DNA of 63,570 bases, filler included, from Lenisia limosa (taxonomy: Eukaryota > Protista > Breviatea): the NCBI GenBank assembly GCA_001655205.1. It is 11 parts of 11 records of this genome, joined end to end, with 100 filler letters (N's around TTAATTAATTAA, not from the genome) between each part and the next. Parts side by side here need not be neighbours in the genome. Positions count along the whole stretch, not along the records: positions 43,794 to 53,365 come from LPNZ01006283.1; positions 53,466 to 55,652 come from LPNZ01009777.1; positions 55,753 to 59,888 come from LPNZ01001825.1; positions 59,989 to 62,322 come from LPNZ01001965.1; 7 more parts are not named here. The stretch is one strand, 5' to 3'. Shown here piece after piece: positions 50,101 through 61,800 of this stretch. A program made the translations under genes and the position numbers. Position 1 is the stretch's first letter; every line of letters begins with the position of its first letter. The notes beneath the pieces were generated by a model. That model ran no database searches, was not told where the DNA came from, and was given only the letters and a program-made list of their open reading frames with translations.

Positions 50101-53100
50101 CTCTTTATCTTCCAGACTGTATGCACGAATTACTTTGTTGTCGTCGAACGCGGAAGCCTCGGAAACAGAAGTGAGTCGCTTTTTCAATATAATTGCATAT
50201 TTATACGACATGTAACATAGTAATATCGCCCTCCATATTCTATTATTGCATTATATTCTATTTATATAACGCTCTTACCACAAGCCAAGGACTTATGTTT
50301 TCTTTAAGGAACATCCAAGTTTTTTTTTCATCGGAGTGATAAAAAGACAGTCACGTATCGATGGAAATTTTGAGTTGAAACACTGGTGTCGTGATTGCGT
50401 CACTCTCTCTTTCCAGAAAACAATCTCTGAAAGAATCCTTGTTTATGTTTCCAGATAAAATCGCTCAAAGAATCTTTACTCGTTGTTGAACAAATGGTGG
50501 GTGTAACCGCCAAATATTAAGGGGTTTTGATGTTGTCCAGGAGTTTTGATGCTGTCTGGGAGTTTTGATGTCCGGAAGTTTTAATGCTATCCGGGAGTTT
50601 TGATGCTGTCCGGGAGTTTTGATGTTGTCCTGGAGTTTTGAGTTTTGATGTTGTCCGGGAGTTTTGATGCTGTCAGAGAGTTTCACTGCACACACATTCA
50701 TATAGTAGTATATGATATATATATTACACTGTAATATCTGATATATATATGATATAATATAGTATATATATACATGTTTTTAATTTAATATATGATATGT
50801 ACATTATATATGTGTGTAGATACTTTATGTACATTTTACGTCAAGTTGAAAACTCACAAACAAGAAAGAGGAACTTGAAACGCTCAAAACCAAGCTACAA
50901 GACGACATAAGCCAGCTATCTGCCACCCTTGCCCAAAAAGGTTTGCTCATTCATTAGTCCTGAACCGACTTCTGAGTTTATTACCTTTCCTCTAGAGTAT
51001 GTGATATCACGAGTGTTGTTCTGATGAAAGACTAATATTGATTTTCAGGGGAAAGGGTTGAAGACCTGGAGAAGGCTGAACAACACCTCAAAGATGAACT
51101 GAAAACTGCCGTTGACCTCAATGGAATGGTTGGCTATACTAAAGGCATAATACTGTTGCATATCTTTGTATGTTGATGAATGTAGAAGAATATTTCCCTC
51201 TGCACTGATATTTTGGTTTTAAGTCTTGTATAATGCTGTCCCGATTTCCTGATACCCTTTTCTCTTTGAGTTTTCGTCTTCAACAGTGAAGCTTTTGGGT
51301 GTGGACTCGGGGCTCTTGTTTTCCTTAATATTCAATGGATTTTTCGAAAGTGATATCCAATTTACCCGTGACAGAAAGATGCCGACCTGAAAGACAAAAC
51401 TGCCGCTATTCTGCGTTTAGAGAACCAGATTATCGCCTATAAATCCAATTCTGAGAAGTGACGGGGGGGATTGGAAGTTATGAGTAGGGTCAAGGGAGGG
51501 GGGAGATAATTGGAAGTCCTTTATTGGACTGCAGGGAAGCCCTAGTGATAACTTTCGTTGTTCACACCATTATTTTTTGTATCAAAAGACATAAAAATAT
51601 TTATCGAGGATTTATCGAGAAATTGACTTTTTTTGGTACCGTTGGCAAGCCTCTCACAACTCTTGTAGTTTGTTTTACCAAGCCTTTTTTATTATAAAAA
51701 ATTATATAAAAAAAAAATCCCTCCACCCCAAAAACTCACACTTCCCCCTCCAGGTTGGCATCATCGTCATCCGAAGCCACCAGGTCTCTCACCAACGCCA
51801 ACGCCGCTCTTCAGGTGGGACACCGGAGGTCTTTTATTCCATATTTAGTTTTTTTTCTAAGTGGAGCCTTTTTTATTAATTCCATGCAGGCGGAGCTTGA
51901 TGCAGCTAACCAGTCGGCAAAGGAGTCTTTGGAGGCGGCACGAGCTGAAGTACTCAAAATCAACATGGAAAACAAGAAGGTACTTTTGTTCATGTTGTTT
52001 CGTAAATGGGTTGCTTCATCATTATGCCTGGAGCTCAAAAAATGTGTCACAGCGATATTTTCAACCAGCCGAAGCAAATCTTTGTATTACTTTGAAACTG
52101 TTAAGGGGCTCACTTTTTACAGTTGCTGGACGAAAGAACCACTTTGCAGCAAGATGTCTCCCTTGGAAGTGCCGAAATAGCTAAGGTGGTTCTACGTCAT
52201 GAGATAATAATCATGTTACTTATGAATAAGTGATAAAAACTATATATTGGCCGTCCACACAAGTACGCATCTCAGCATTTAACGTCTGATATGCAGATAA
52301 GTCATATTTCGCTTATATTGGAGTTGTGGAAGGCCTAATACCCTTTAGTTGATCACTGAAGGAGATAATCTGAAGAGTAGATCCGAAGGCTTGGAAATAG
52401 AGCTGCAGAAAGTCAAGGTATGTTGGTCTTTTTCCTGTTTTCACAAGGGTTGACTAGATGTAACAAATGATGGTAAGTTAAAAGGTTTTAATGATGGGAA
52501 GTTTAGATAGATTTGAAAAGAGACACAACTAAAAGAGTCTATTTACTTCACAGCTTACCTTTAGTGTTAGCATGCTGTTTCTTCCTTCCTTCATTTATCA
52601 GACTGAACACACGGAGCTCACATCCCAAGTTGCCGAACTACAGCGTTCATTGGAAGGCTCGTCTCAAGATAGCGCCTCATTGAAGGTAACAAAGTCTCGA
52701 CATTCCAATCCAAAGCAAAACTGAGAGTCCAATTCTGACTCCTTCAGATCCAAGCCGACGCCGAAATAACTGGCATGAAGCAAACCATTTCTGTATGTGG
52801 GGAGGCTATTCTAGACCCTCTATCAGAAGGGATTTTAGTCCGATCATTGGTAGACCTACATATGCTTACATGAAATTTTGTGCTCACGTGGAAATTCTGT
52901 GTGTAATCCAATTCTGTTTAGCTATAAGGATGAGGGGCCTCAAGAATGACTGCTATAAAAGATCTCAATAAATGCTAGAAACACGTCATAAGTGATTTTT
53001 ACGATATCATTACGGATATCAATGCCAATACGAACATTAGCTATCTTGAGAATTAGGCCCCCTAACATTGTAGTCTCTGGAGGAACAAATCTCAGATCTA

Positions 53101-53335
53101 AAGGCCAAATTGGAAGCAAACGAAGGAGAACGAAAAACACTCGAAAACGCTCGAAAATCCCTTGAATCAAATACCTCTGTTTGCTTCTTTATTTTTTTCA
53201 ATATCTCCGGTTGCTTTGAATTGTTATCATCGGTCAGACCTTGCAGCAGAAGTTGGAAACCCTGCAGAAATCGTCATCAGCGGCGTCGGCGCAATCTGCG
53301 CGTGAACTGAAGGATGAAAGGAGCAGAGCAGAGGT
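47115..53335 (+). CDS. FAM184-family long coiled-coil protein (3' end cut by a linker)
   Basis: MQLIPDL|KHKMSKKIAQLTK|VIYHMHTRNDDREAELAGQASAYEDEIE matches the FAM184 N-terminal signature MSKKIAQLTKVIY.LNTKNDEHE. It is followed by more than 20 heptad-rich E/K/Q/L exons. Confidence 0.85.
48836..48902. mobile_element. MITE family B, Tc1/mariner-type (TA|CAGTG...CACTG|TA), representative copy
   Basis: TIR CAGTGACCGGGATAAGTCTTGACCGATTT with TA on both flanks. Other copies lie at ~606-682, 6680-6752, 9430-9508, 21647-21722, 25763-25838, 26514-26591 and 54085-54150. Confidence 0.85.
49583..49688. repeat. Tandem repeat, ~30-bp unit (CCAGCCTAATCTGTCACTACTACCACCACT) x~3.5, intronic
   Basis: Direct reading of the sequence. 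Confidence 0.9.
50520..50675. repeat. Tandem repeat, ~19-bp unit (GGGAGTTTTGATGCTGTCC) x~8, intronic
   Basis: Direct reading of the sequence; units are degenerate. Confidence 0.9.
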
Positions 53336-55876
53336 TGGTGCCGATAGCTAGAGGGCAGAGGGTGANNNNNNNNNNNNNNNNNNNNNNNNNNNNNNNNNNN
53401 NNNNNNNNNTTAATTAATTAANNNNNNNNNNNNNNNNNNNNNNNNNNNNNNNNNNNNNNNNNNNNCACCATCACGCTTATAAGAAATATTGGATTTTATG
53501 TGTATTGGAAAGGTTTTACTCCGATGCAGAAAAGCACTGAATTACCCGATAAATCATCGATAGTTTACCAATAGTTTTCATACCGGGGTGCCCAATTACA
53601 TGAAACTTATATGGCTGGTAAAAATGGGGTGGCTCTTTAAAATGATCATAAAAAATACCACTTTTATCACTTTGTATTGTTTTTAACTACAGCTACTATA
53701 TAGATGAGCCCCATTATAGGTCTATGAGGCAAGGTGATTTGTTAATGGTATCCCTATGTATTTATTTGTTTCCCAAGATTTCTAATGTATATTATTTCTC
53801 TTGATAAAAACATACCTGTCACCGACGGGGGGGAGCATGAGAGAGTGCAGAAACTGCCAGTGGTAATAGTCTGCGGACAGAGAGAGAAGNNNNNNNNNNN
53901 NNNNNNNNNNNNNNNNNNNNNNNNNNNNNNNNNNNNNNNNNNNNNNNNNNNNNNNNNNNNNNNNNNNNNNNNNNNNNNNNTTTAGAATGTACATAAATAT
54001 GTTGCTCAGGGGTTTGTGTGAAGGTATTTTGATGGGAGTGTTTGTGTGAGAAGGTATTTTACAAAGAGTTTATATGAGAAGGTATAGCGACCGGGAGAAG
54101 TCTTGAACGATTTGCAATGATTTCCCGTCAAGCCTAATCCCGGTCACTGTATGTTGATGGGAGTGTTAGGGTGCGAAGGAATGTTGGGCCACTTTCCTGG
54201 TTATATCCCAATATATGTGTACAAGTTTTGCTACTCAACTATCAAAACAACATTAAAACAAAAAAGAGCCTACCTGAGACGGTTGTGACGATGAAAACGT
54301 TCAAAAGACAAAGCAACACCGCTGCAGCCAGCCTTCGAGATACCATTGTTTCAACTCTAACTCTTTTTAGTGGTAATAATAGTGACAGGGAAAGAAAATG
54401 AGCCTGGGCTTGTGCTTGTACATTCTATAGACAAACCAAGCTAGTTCATCCCATGATGCAGTCATCCCTGAACCAACCTTCACAAACCAAAATCAGATTT
54501 GCAACTGCTAATTTGGGGTTCTCTAAGTGCTAAGTGCTCACAAATTAGCAGGATAACGACCCAAAAACTGTAGTTTAAATGAAGCAACAGGGGAGAAGGA
54601 GAAGGCAGTCCATTCTTCAACGTCAGGAAAAAGAAAACCAATTATTATCGCGTGCCGATCGCGCATTCACATCAAACAATCAAAACCACCACAGAGCAAC
54701 GGTTGGAGTGGTTGGGGGCAAAAAGAACATTTAGTCTATCTTACATTAGTTACATTATGTAATGTTAATGTAACTCAGAAACAAAAATTTCCTCTCTCTC
54801 CTTCTCTTCCTCTTCCAAATAAGTATTAATAATTATCTCAAAAAATTGAAAAAAGAGTAGAGTAATCAAACACAAGAGACCTGATCTCCTTTCACCTTTC
54901 TTCCTCGTGCTCGTGCCCCTTTCAGACATATTTGTGTTCTGGTCGCGGCTTTCGATCCTCAATTTCTACACTCTCTAGTCTTCTTTCAGCCGTTGGGGGG
55001 TTTGGGACTATGTCTTTTAATGTCAAATTTTACATCATTGACGAATTTATTATATCATACTTACGACTATACAGAATATTGGAGGCTTATTTTCTTACGA
55101 GTTTCGTTTTCCTCCTAGTTCCGAGTAGATTGGGTGAATTAATATATTATACTATATTCTAATAAAGGAATGATGTTGTCTTGTGTGTGCTTTCCAACAG
55201 AGTCGATTCCGGTTCCTTTTGTTTGTTTCATAAAATTCCATTTTTACCCTCCTGCTCGTTTTAATGTTTGTTGCTCTTGTTTATCATTGCTTGATTTTTT
55301 TAAGTTTCAGATTATTATGTGATGAGAATCTATCGTCAGTATTCTTCACCAAGCGCCTGTCATGGGCTTTGTTTGTTTTGTTGTTNNNNNNNNNNNNNNN
55401 NNNNNNNNNNNNNNNNNNNNNNNNNNNNNNNNNNNNNNNNNNNNNNNNNNNNNNNNNNNNNNNNNNNNNNNTTCATAGATTTTCCAATTTTTGTTGTTGC
55501 TTGTTTTTTTATTTTATTTGTTTGTTTTGAGTTTCAAATTATTCGTTTCGTGATTAGTACCTTTACGCCAATATTCTTCATCGACATTTCCTTCGTTTTA
55601 CTGATGGGATGTGGTGCTGCAAAAGCGACTGACCGGGCTTTGTTTGTTTTGTNNNNNNNNNNNNNNNNNNNNNNNNNNNNNNNNNNNNNNNNNNNNTTAA
55701 TTAATTAANNNNNNNNNNNNNNNNNNNNNNNNNNNNNNNNNNNNNNNNNNNNTTTTTTTTTTTTTGGGGGGGGGGGAGGCAATTGACACATAATGTTCTG
55801 TGCGTAAGTTTCCCCGGTTTGTATATTATAATAATCCTCGTATCATTCTGAAATCCTCACCCCCTTCCCCTCCAGG

Positions 55877-58800
55877 AGCCTCAATTAAGACTATCCACGT
55901 TTACAAGCAACTTTCCTACACTGTTCTCCTCGATAGTGATATCCTCTTCCAGGTAAGAGATTATTATTGTTAGTGTACAAAGTGGATTGATATTATTTCA
56001 TAATCCAATATACATATCTTATAAACTTGATGGTATGGACGGCTTCGGTCAGATACTATAATCGAATATCTCTTATAAGCGTGATGGTATGGACGACGTC
56101 GGTTAGATAAAACCTTGTTTTATTCTCATTTCTACATAATATTGTTGGAAACACTTCAAACATACAACCACTTACCGATTATGGAAACACTTACCAAATA
56201 GGGAATGCGTCGTCTTGCCCGTCCCGATACCGCCAGTAATGGAACTGAACTCTACCATGAGCGGCACGTCATCCCCATGTACAATGACGTGGCCGGATCC
56301 TTGTTCTTCACTTCCCTTATGCGTGTGGACGAAACCGCAGTCGAAGAAAAAGGTGTGTTGGTATTTTAGTAATAACGTACCCCTCTCTTCATCATCCGTT
56401 CGGAAAAATAATATTGTTCCTTGATTGATCCTCGAGAACTATCGATTATTTTATTTTTCTGTTCCGAACCATAGTGTAGCCTTAGTTATTTCGCAATTAT
56501 CAGGTTAACACTATAGGAGACACCAGCTTGATCTTCTTCGAGGCCTGCGCTGCTCCCGATATTGCTATTGATATTCCCTATTTCAATGACGCCGAAGGCA
56601 CCATCGAAGTCATGGTCTGTTGGTCATGATATCGCACATATTCATTTATTTTTTTGAAGGCATTGACCAAATAATCTCCAAAAGTTAACTCACAATAAGA
56701 TAAAAAATAATGGTGGTAAATGTTTAGAAATTTGATGAAATGAGGCTTTCACACCCGATTTTTCCTTCTCACCTCTACGTTCAACTAAAAGACTGAATTC
56801 TAAATCATAAATGACTAAAGTATGTCTTTCTTACCCATATAGGCTGCTAACATTGGTGCGTTCCAGACCCTCGAGCTTACCTCTCTCGAAGTTTTCTTCG
56901 GAAACTCCTTCGGAAAGGTTAAGAAAATGATCGGCGAGTGCAGTATTCCCCTCTTGCTCCCTGGAGAGTACTTCCTCTGCTCGGTTTGTCATACGTGCTG
57001 TTTTTTTTTATTTTTATGTAACAGGTTTATTTTTTTTCACTGCAGTTATCATGGGTTTTTTTCTTTTAACCTCACAGAAATATATACATATGTCTGAAGA
57101 AACGCTTTTTTTCGCATACACGCTCTTACTTCTCAGCTCCCCTATGAAGAACCGGAGAAATTCGAGAATTATGGTTATATTTGGGCCTACGCCGATCGAG
57201 TGGATTCTGTTGCAGAATGCGAAGATATTGAAAACAACAAGGCTTACATCATTCCCGCAGTCCTCTCCATCTCCAACCCCGGTTTTACCTCTACCACAGT
57301 TGGCGATGCTTCGGTTTTGACGCTGACTTGCGACATTACCACTTTGGGCCCCTTCGTTAATGACCGACAAGACCAACGGTTGAAGCTTGCCGCTATCGGC
57401 TATAGCAAGCTCGGAAAGGAATACATTGTTGGCGAGCAGACGATTATGATCAGTGATCTTGTCACTCCCGTTTCCGTCATGGTCAACTCCTCGCTCATCA
57501 TCTCGCAACCCACGAAGATCATTCTCCAAGGTAACGGCATGACTATCAAAGAAGCGCTTAAGGACCCAACTCAGGTTCTATCTCTTGACCTTCCTCTCGA
57601 CTCTCGGCCTTTTGTTGATTCGATGAGCGGGCGGAGTACCACGTGGGTTGGAATGCGAACGACTGTTCAAGTCGAGGTAATCAACACTGGAATCCGCGAC
57701 CAAACCTACGTTGCTGAGGTTTACGCGTCGCGAACGGTTCCGACCAAGAAAACGAAGAAGCTGAAGACAGTTAAACTAGCTGTTCCTGGAGGAGCTACTA
57801 AAACATTGAATGCGCAAGTAGCCATGCCGACTAAGGATCCTACGTTCCCTATCACTGTTGTCGTGCGTTATTTGGATGCCAATCTCGACGAAAGGACAGC
57901 TTCTGGAACCTTCAACCTCTTCAAGCCAGCTGTGGCACGTCCAATCATCCACCCGAAGAGTATTGCGTTCACAGCGCTGCCCACACCTCGACTGACATTC
58001 CAGGTCAAAAACAAGGGAGACGTTCCCTCTGGAAAGCATTGGAATATCGTGCTCTACAGTGGTCATCCGAGCTCCGAGTACGCTGTCGTTCTTGGCAAGG
58101 TCCCTCTTCCCTACATCCAACCAGGTGATTACCGTAATCTTGAGTTGGAGTGGATGAACTACGATATGCTCAAATACTGCCGTCGCCAGCCCCTTTACTT
58201 TGTCTCTCAGCCCACTTACGTTAATAACAACGAACTTCTTGTTGACATTGGCGGCTTTGTTGATGCCCAAATCAAGCTTCAGAGGAAGTCCTATGGACTC
58301 GTGTATAAGACGAAGGAGTACAGGATAATTGGTGAAATCTTCTGTCAGAAGGGAACTGAAAACCTTCCTCCTACCATTGAGGCTGCTGCGACATACACCA
58401 TGGACGAGGATACCATGTACGACTTTGACATCCACGTTGAAGACGATAACACCAACAAGTCCCTTACCTGTGCGGTCATGTCTTTCACTCCGAATGCCAT
58501 TGGTCAGTTCTACGATATCCCCACTGACGGAAGCGATTGGGTGCCTGTTATGGGAATTGACCTGCCTTTCACTTTATCCCAATGCTCAATGGGATATATT
58601 CCCGATCCTGATATGCATCACTATCGTCGCGATGTCGAGCAGGACTACGACATGGTTGAAATTGTTGTTGACGACTCCATTCAAACTGCTATTAATTCCG
58701 GGTTTATTACAATGATCGTCGAGCCCGTTGATGATGACCCAAGGATTGACTGCGCCTCAAGCAACCCCCTTGAGCTTCTCGAAGACACGCAGTCCTTCGT

Positions 58801-61800
58801 GTTCTGCAACCTGATTGACGTTGACACGTATGACGATAGCCTCTCACGAGCTTCGTACGACATCACAATCCAAACCCGGCATGGACTGGTCCAACATCTC
58901 AGCTCCAAGGACTTCGAGGAGCTTTCTCTCGCGAGGTTTGCTAAGTAATATTCTACTTTTGCGTATGTATGCATGTAATATTTGAAATTGATATGATTTT
59001 ATGTAATTGTCATAATAATCCTTCTTTCTAACATTATTCCAACACATGACCTTTTTTAGATTCCTCAAGAAGACGTATTATGACGACCACGCCTCCAATG
59101 GAAACCAGTTCAACTTCTACAATGCCGGCTGGAAGGTTGGTTGTCGTGAAATCTAACTTAGGTTCTTGTATGTATTTACAATTAAGCTCGTGTATTGCTA
59201 GCCAAATTTATTTTGGGCTTTTTTTTTGTTGTTGTTTTTTTTTACCTACTATCTTCCACTGTTTTACCATTTCTAGGTGTCCTCAATTGCTGAGGCAAGA
59301 GAACTGATGTCCAAACTGGTCTACACCCCTGACGAACACTATAACATCAACCACAACCCCGAGATCATCAAGATCTGCGTTGAGAGAGAAAGTGCTGATA
59401 TTGTCTGCAAAACTCTGTTAGGGGGGGGGGGGGGGGGGNNNNNNNNNNNNNNNNNNNNNNNNNNNNNNNNNNNNNNNNNNNNNNNNNNNNNNNNNNNNNN
59501 NNNNNNNNNNNNNNNNNNNNNNNNNNNNNNNNNNNNNNNNNNNNNNNNNNNNNNNNNNNTATTATTCGTTCTTCAATACACCTGCCTGACCAGACTAATG
59601 AACTGAGTTGGGAATAGAGTTTCGCTTCATTTCCAAAAGACGTCTGTTTATCGAAGACTTTTCGAGACTTGGAACGAAAATGAAGCTTTAAAACCAATTT
59701 CACTCTCGGTTTTGCTTCTGTAAAGATAATTTTTTTGGTCCAATTAGAAGATTTCCCCAGATTTCTAGTGAAAATAATTTCTCTTATCAAAAAAAAACAA
59801 TAGATGAATGCTTACCATATAGGGATGTTGTTGTGACAGCAGTCAATGATGCTCCCTCGATCTACGTTACCAATGACCAGAAGCGAACNNNNNNNNNNNN
59901 NNNNNNNNNNNNNNNNNNNNNNNNNNNNNNNNTTAATTAATTAANNNNNNNNNNNNNNNNNNNNNNNNNNNNNNNNNNNNNNNNNNNNCCCCCCTCCCAC
60001 AACAGATTGCCCCTATCAGAGCCCAGGAAGTCGACCTTGTTGTTTCGGACATTGCTATCAACTTCAACAATCTCACTGCTGTGGGTGTTAATTGGATTAT
60101 TATTATTTGTATGAAACATTTCCATTTACCTCCACCCCTCCACCAGTTCAATTTCATCGGCCTGATTTCTGCTGATTCAGGAACAGCCAAATTCGATAGT
60201 GTTATGACTTCTGGCGTTGTCAGACGCAATTCATCATCCGCAGATGTAGGCTCTTCTTTCTTTTTCTTTCTTCTTTCTTCTTTCTTCTTTCGTCTTTTGT
60301 ATCTCTATCATTAGACTCTCTGAGGAACTAACCAACTTCCATAACACTGCAGTGGTTTAACCTAGTAGACTTGCCTCTTCACTGACCCTAGCAAGTCCGT
60401 CATAGACATCACGATTGATATGGTACTTGGGCCAAACCTATTGCTGTCTTATCACTATCTGGGGAGGCACGCAGAAAGCTGTGTGTACAGAGTTGTAAGG
60501 CAAATGATTGGGTGAATTAATATGATACTATAATCCAAAATCTTGTATAAGCGTGACTGTGTGGACGGCTTCGGCCAGATACATTATGATATATTATATA
60601 TATGATCATATAGTATATGATATCTTATCAATATCCTTTCGCATGAAGGTTTCGGTTTCAATCATTATTTCTACATAGAGTATTCCATCAAAGGTAATCT
60701 TACTCCCTAGGTGATCAATCTTGTGGAATTCCCTGATACTGACACGACTGCTACATACCTTGCTTGTCAGGAAACTGTAGGATTGGGGGCAGGGGCTTTA
60801 CTGATACTAACCATCAACCTTCATTTTAACATCTCAGTCGATTATGACAATTGTCTATCAACCCACTGAAGGAGCTAGTGGCTTTGTGAACTGCAAGACA
60901 AATGCCGTAAGTTTCATAATTAGGGCTTCATTTCAGTTCAAAAAAACCGATAAAATATCGATAGTTTTCGAGGATTTATGGAGAAATTTAGTCTTTTTTC
61001 GAACCAAAGTGAAGCCCTAGCCGTAATAGAAAAATGCTATAAATATCAGAATATTTCAGCCTTTCTTCACCCTCTTCTCATCAAAGTAAAAATCATATCA
61101 CTAAACAATCTGAACTTCTTGAGATTTTAGATATAATATCATATACAAATATATATGATATGCATATACTATATATATTATGTAGTATATAATTATAATT
61201 GGGGTGATGCTTGATTGTCATTGGACTTTTGTGCGTTCCTTACGAAGTAGGGCAACAACGTAGTCGACCTTTATCTGCGACCTGGAAGTGCTATTTTTGG
61301 CTGTGATACGTTCACCTCCATTGCTACCGACTTTGTCGTTTCCGGCGTAGGAGGGGGATGGCATTGTTGACCGGTGAAATGTAGCTGATGGCATGTCTCT
61401 TCAGATACATTCCTCTCTCGCCTCACCCTGTAGTTCCCTCCCAGATTCTCGGAACCTAACAACGCATTTGCTTTCCCCGAGATCGGTAAGGGCATTGGCT
61501 TTGTCCTTCTGTGTCATCATTACCAATAGTTGTTCCCCTCTGCCTTCTTCATCCCTCGTTATCAAATGTCCTTCTTCTTTTTTCTTCTTAATTTTCCTTC
61601 ATCCATTATACTTCTAATGTCCAGGATGGAGCTGTCCCGCGGCCACCGTCATTAACCCCTTTGCCACGTTCGAGTGTGACGACAGTGTCAATAACCTGAA
61701 CTGTACTATTATTCCCAAGGAAGGCCTGGCAGTCAATTCGGCCTATGCCCCCCTTGACAAAACGGTATCCAAATTGATCTCATATCACTTTTTGGAACAT

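Noticed and set aside
57014-58435. 171-aa and 219-aa minus-strand ORFs
   Set aside because: They are antisense shadows of the long adhesin exon and carry no motifs of their own.
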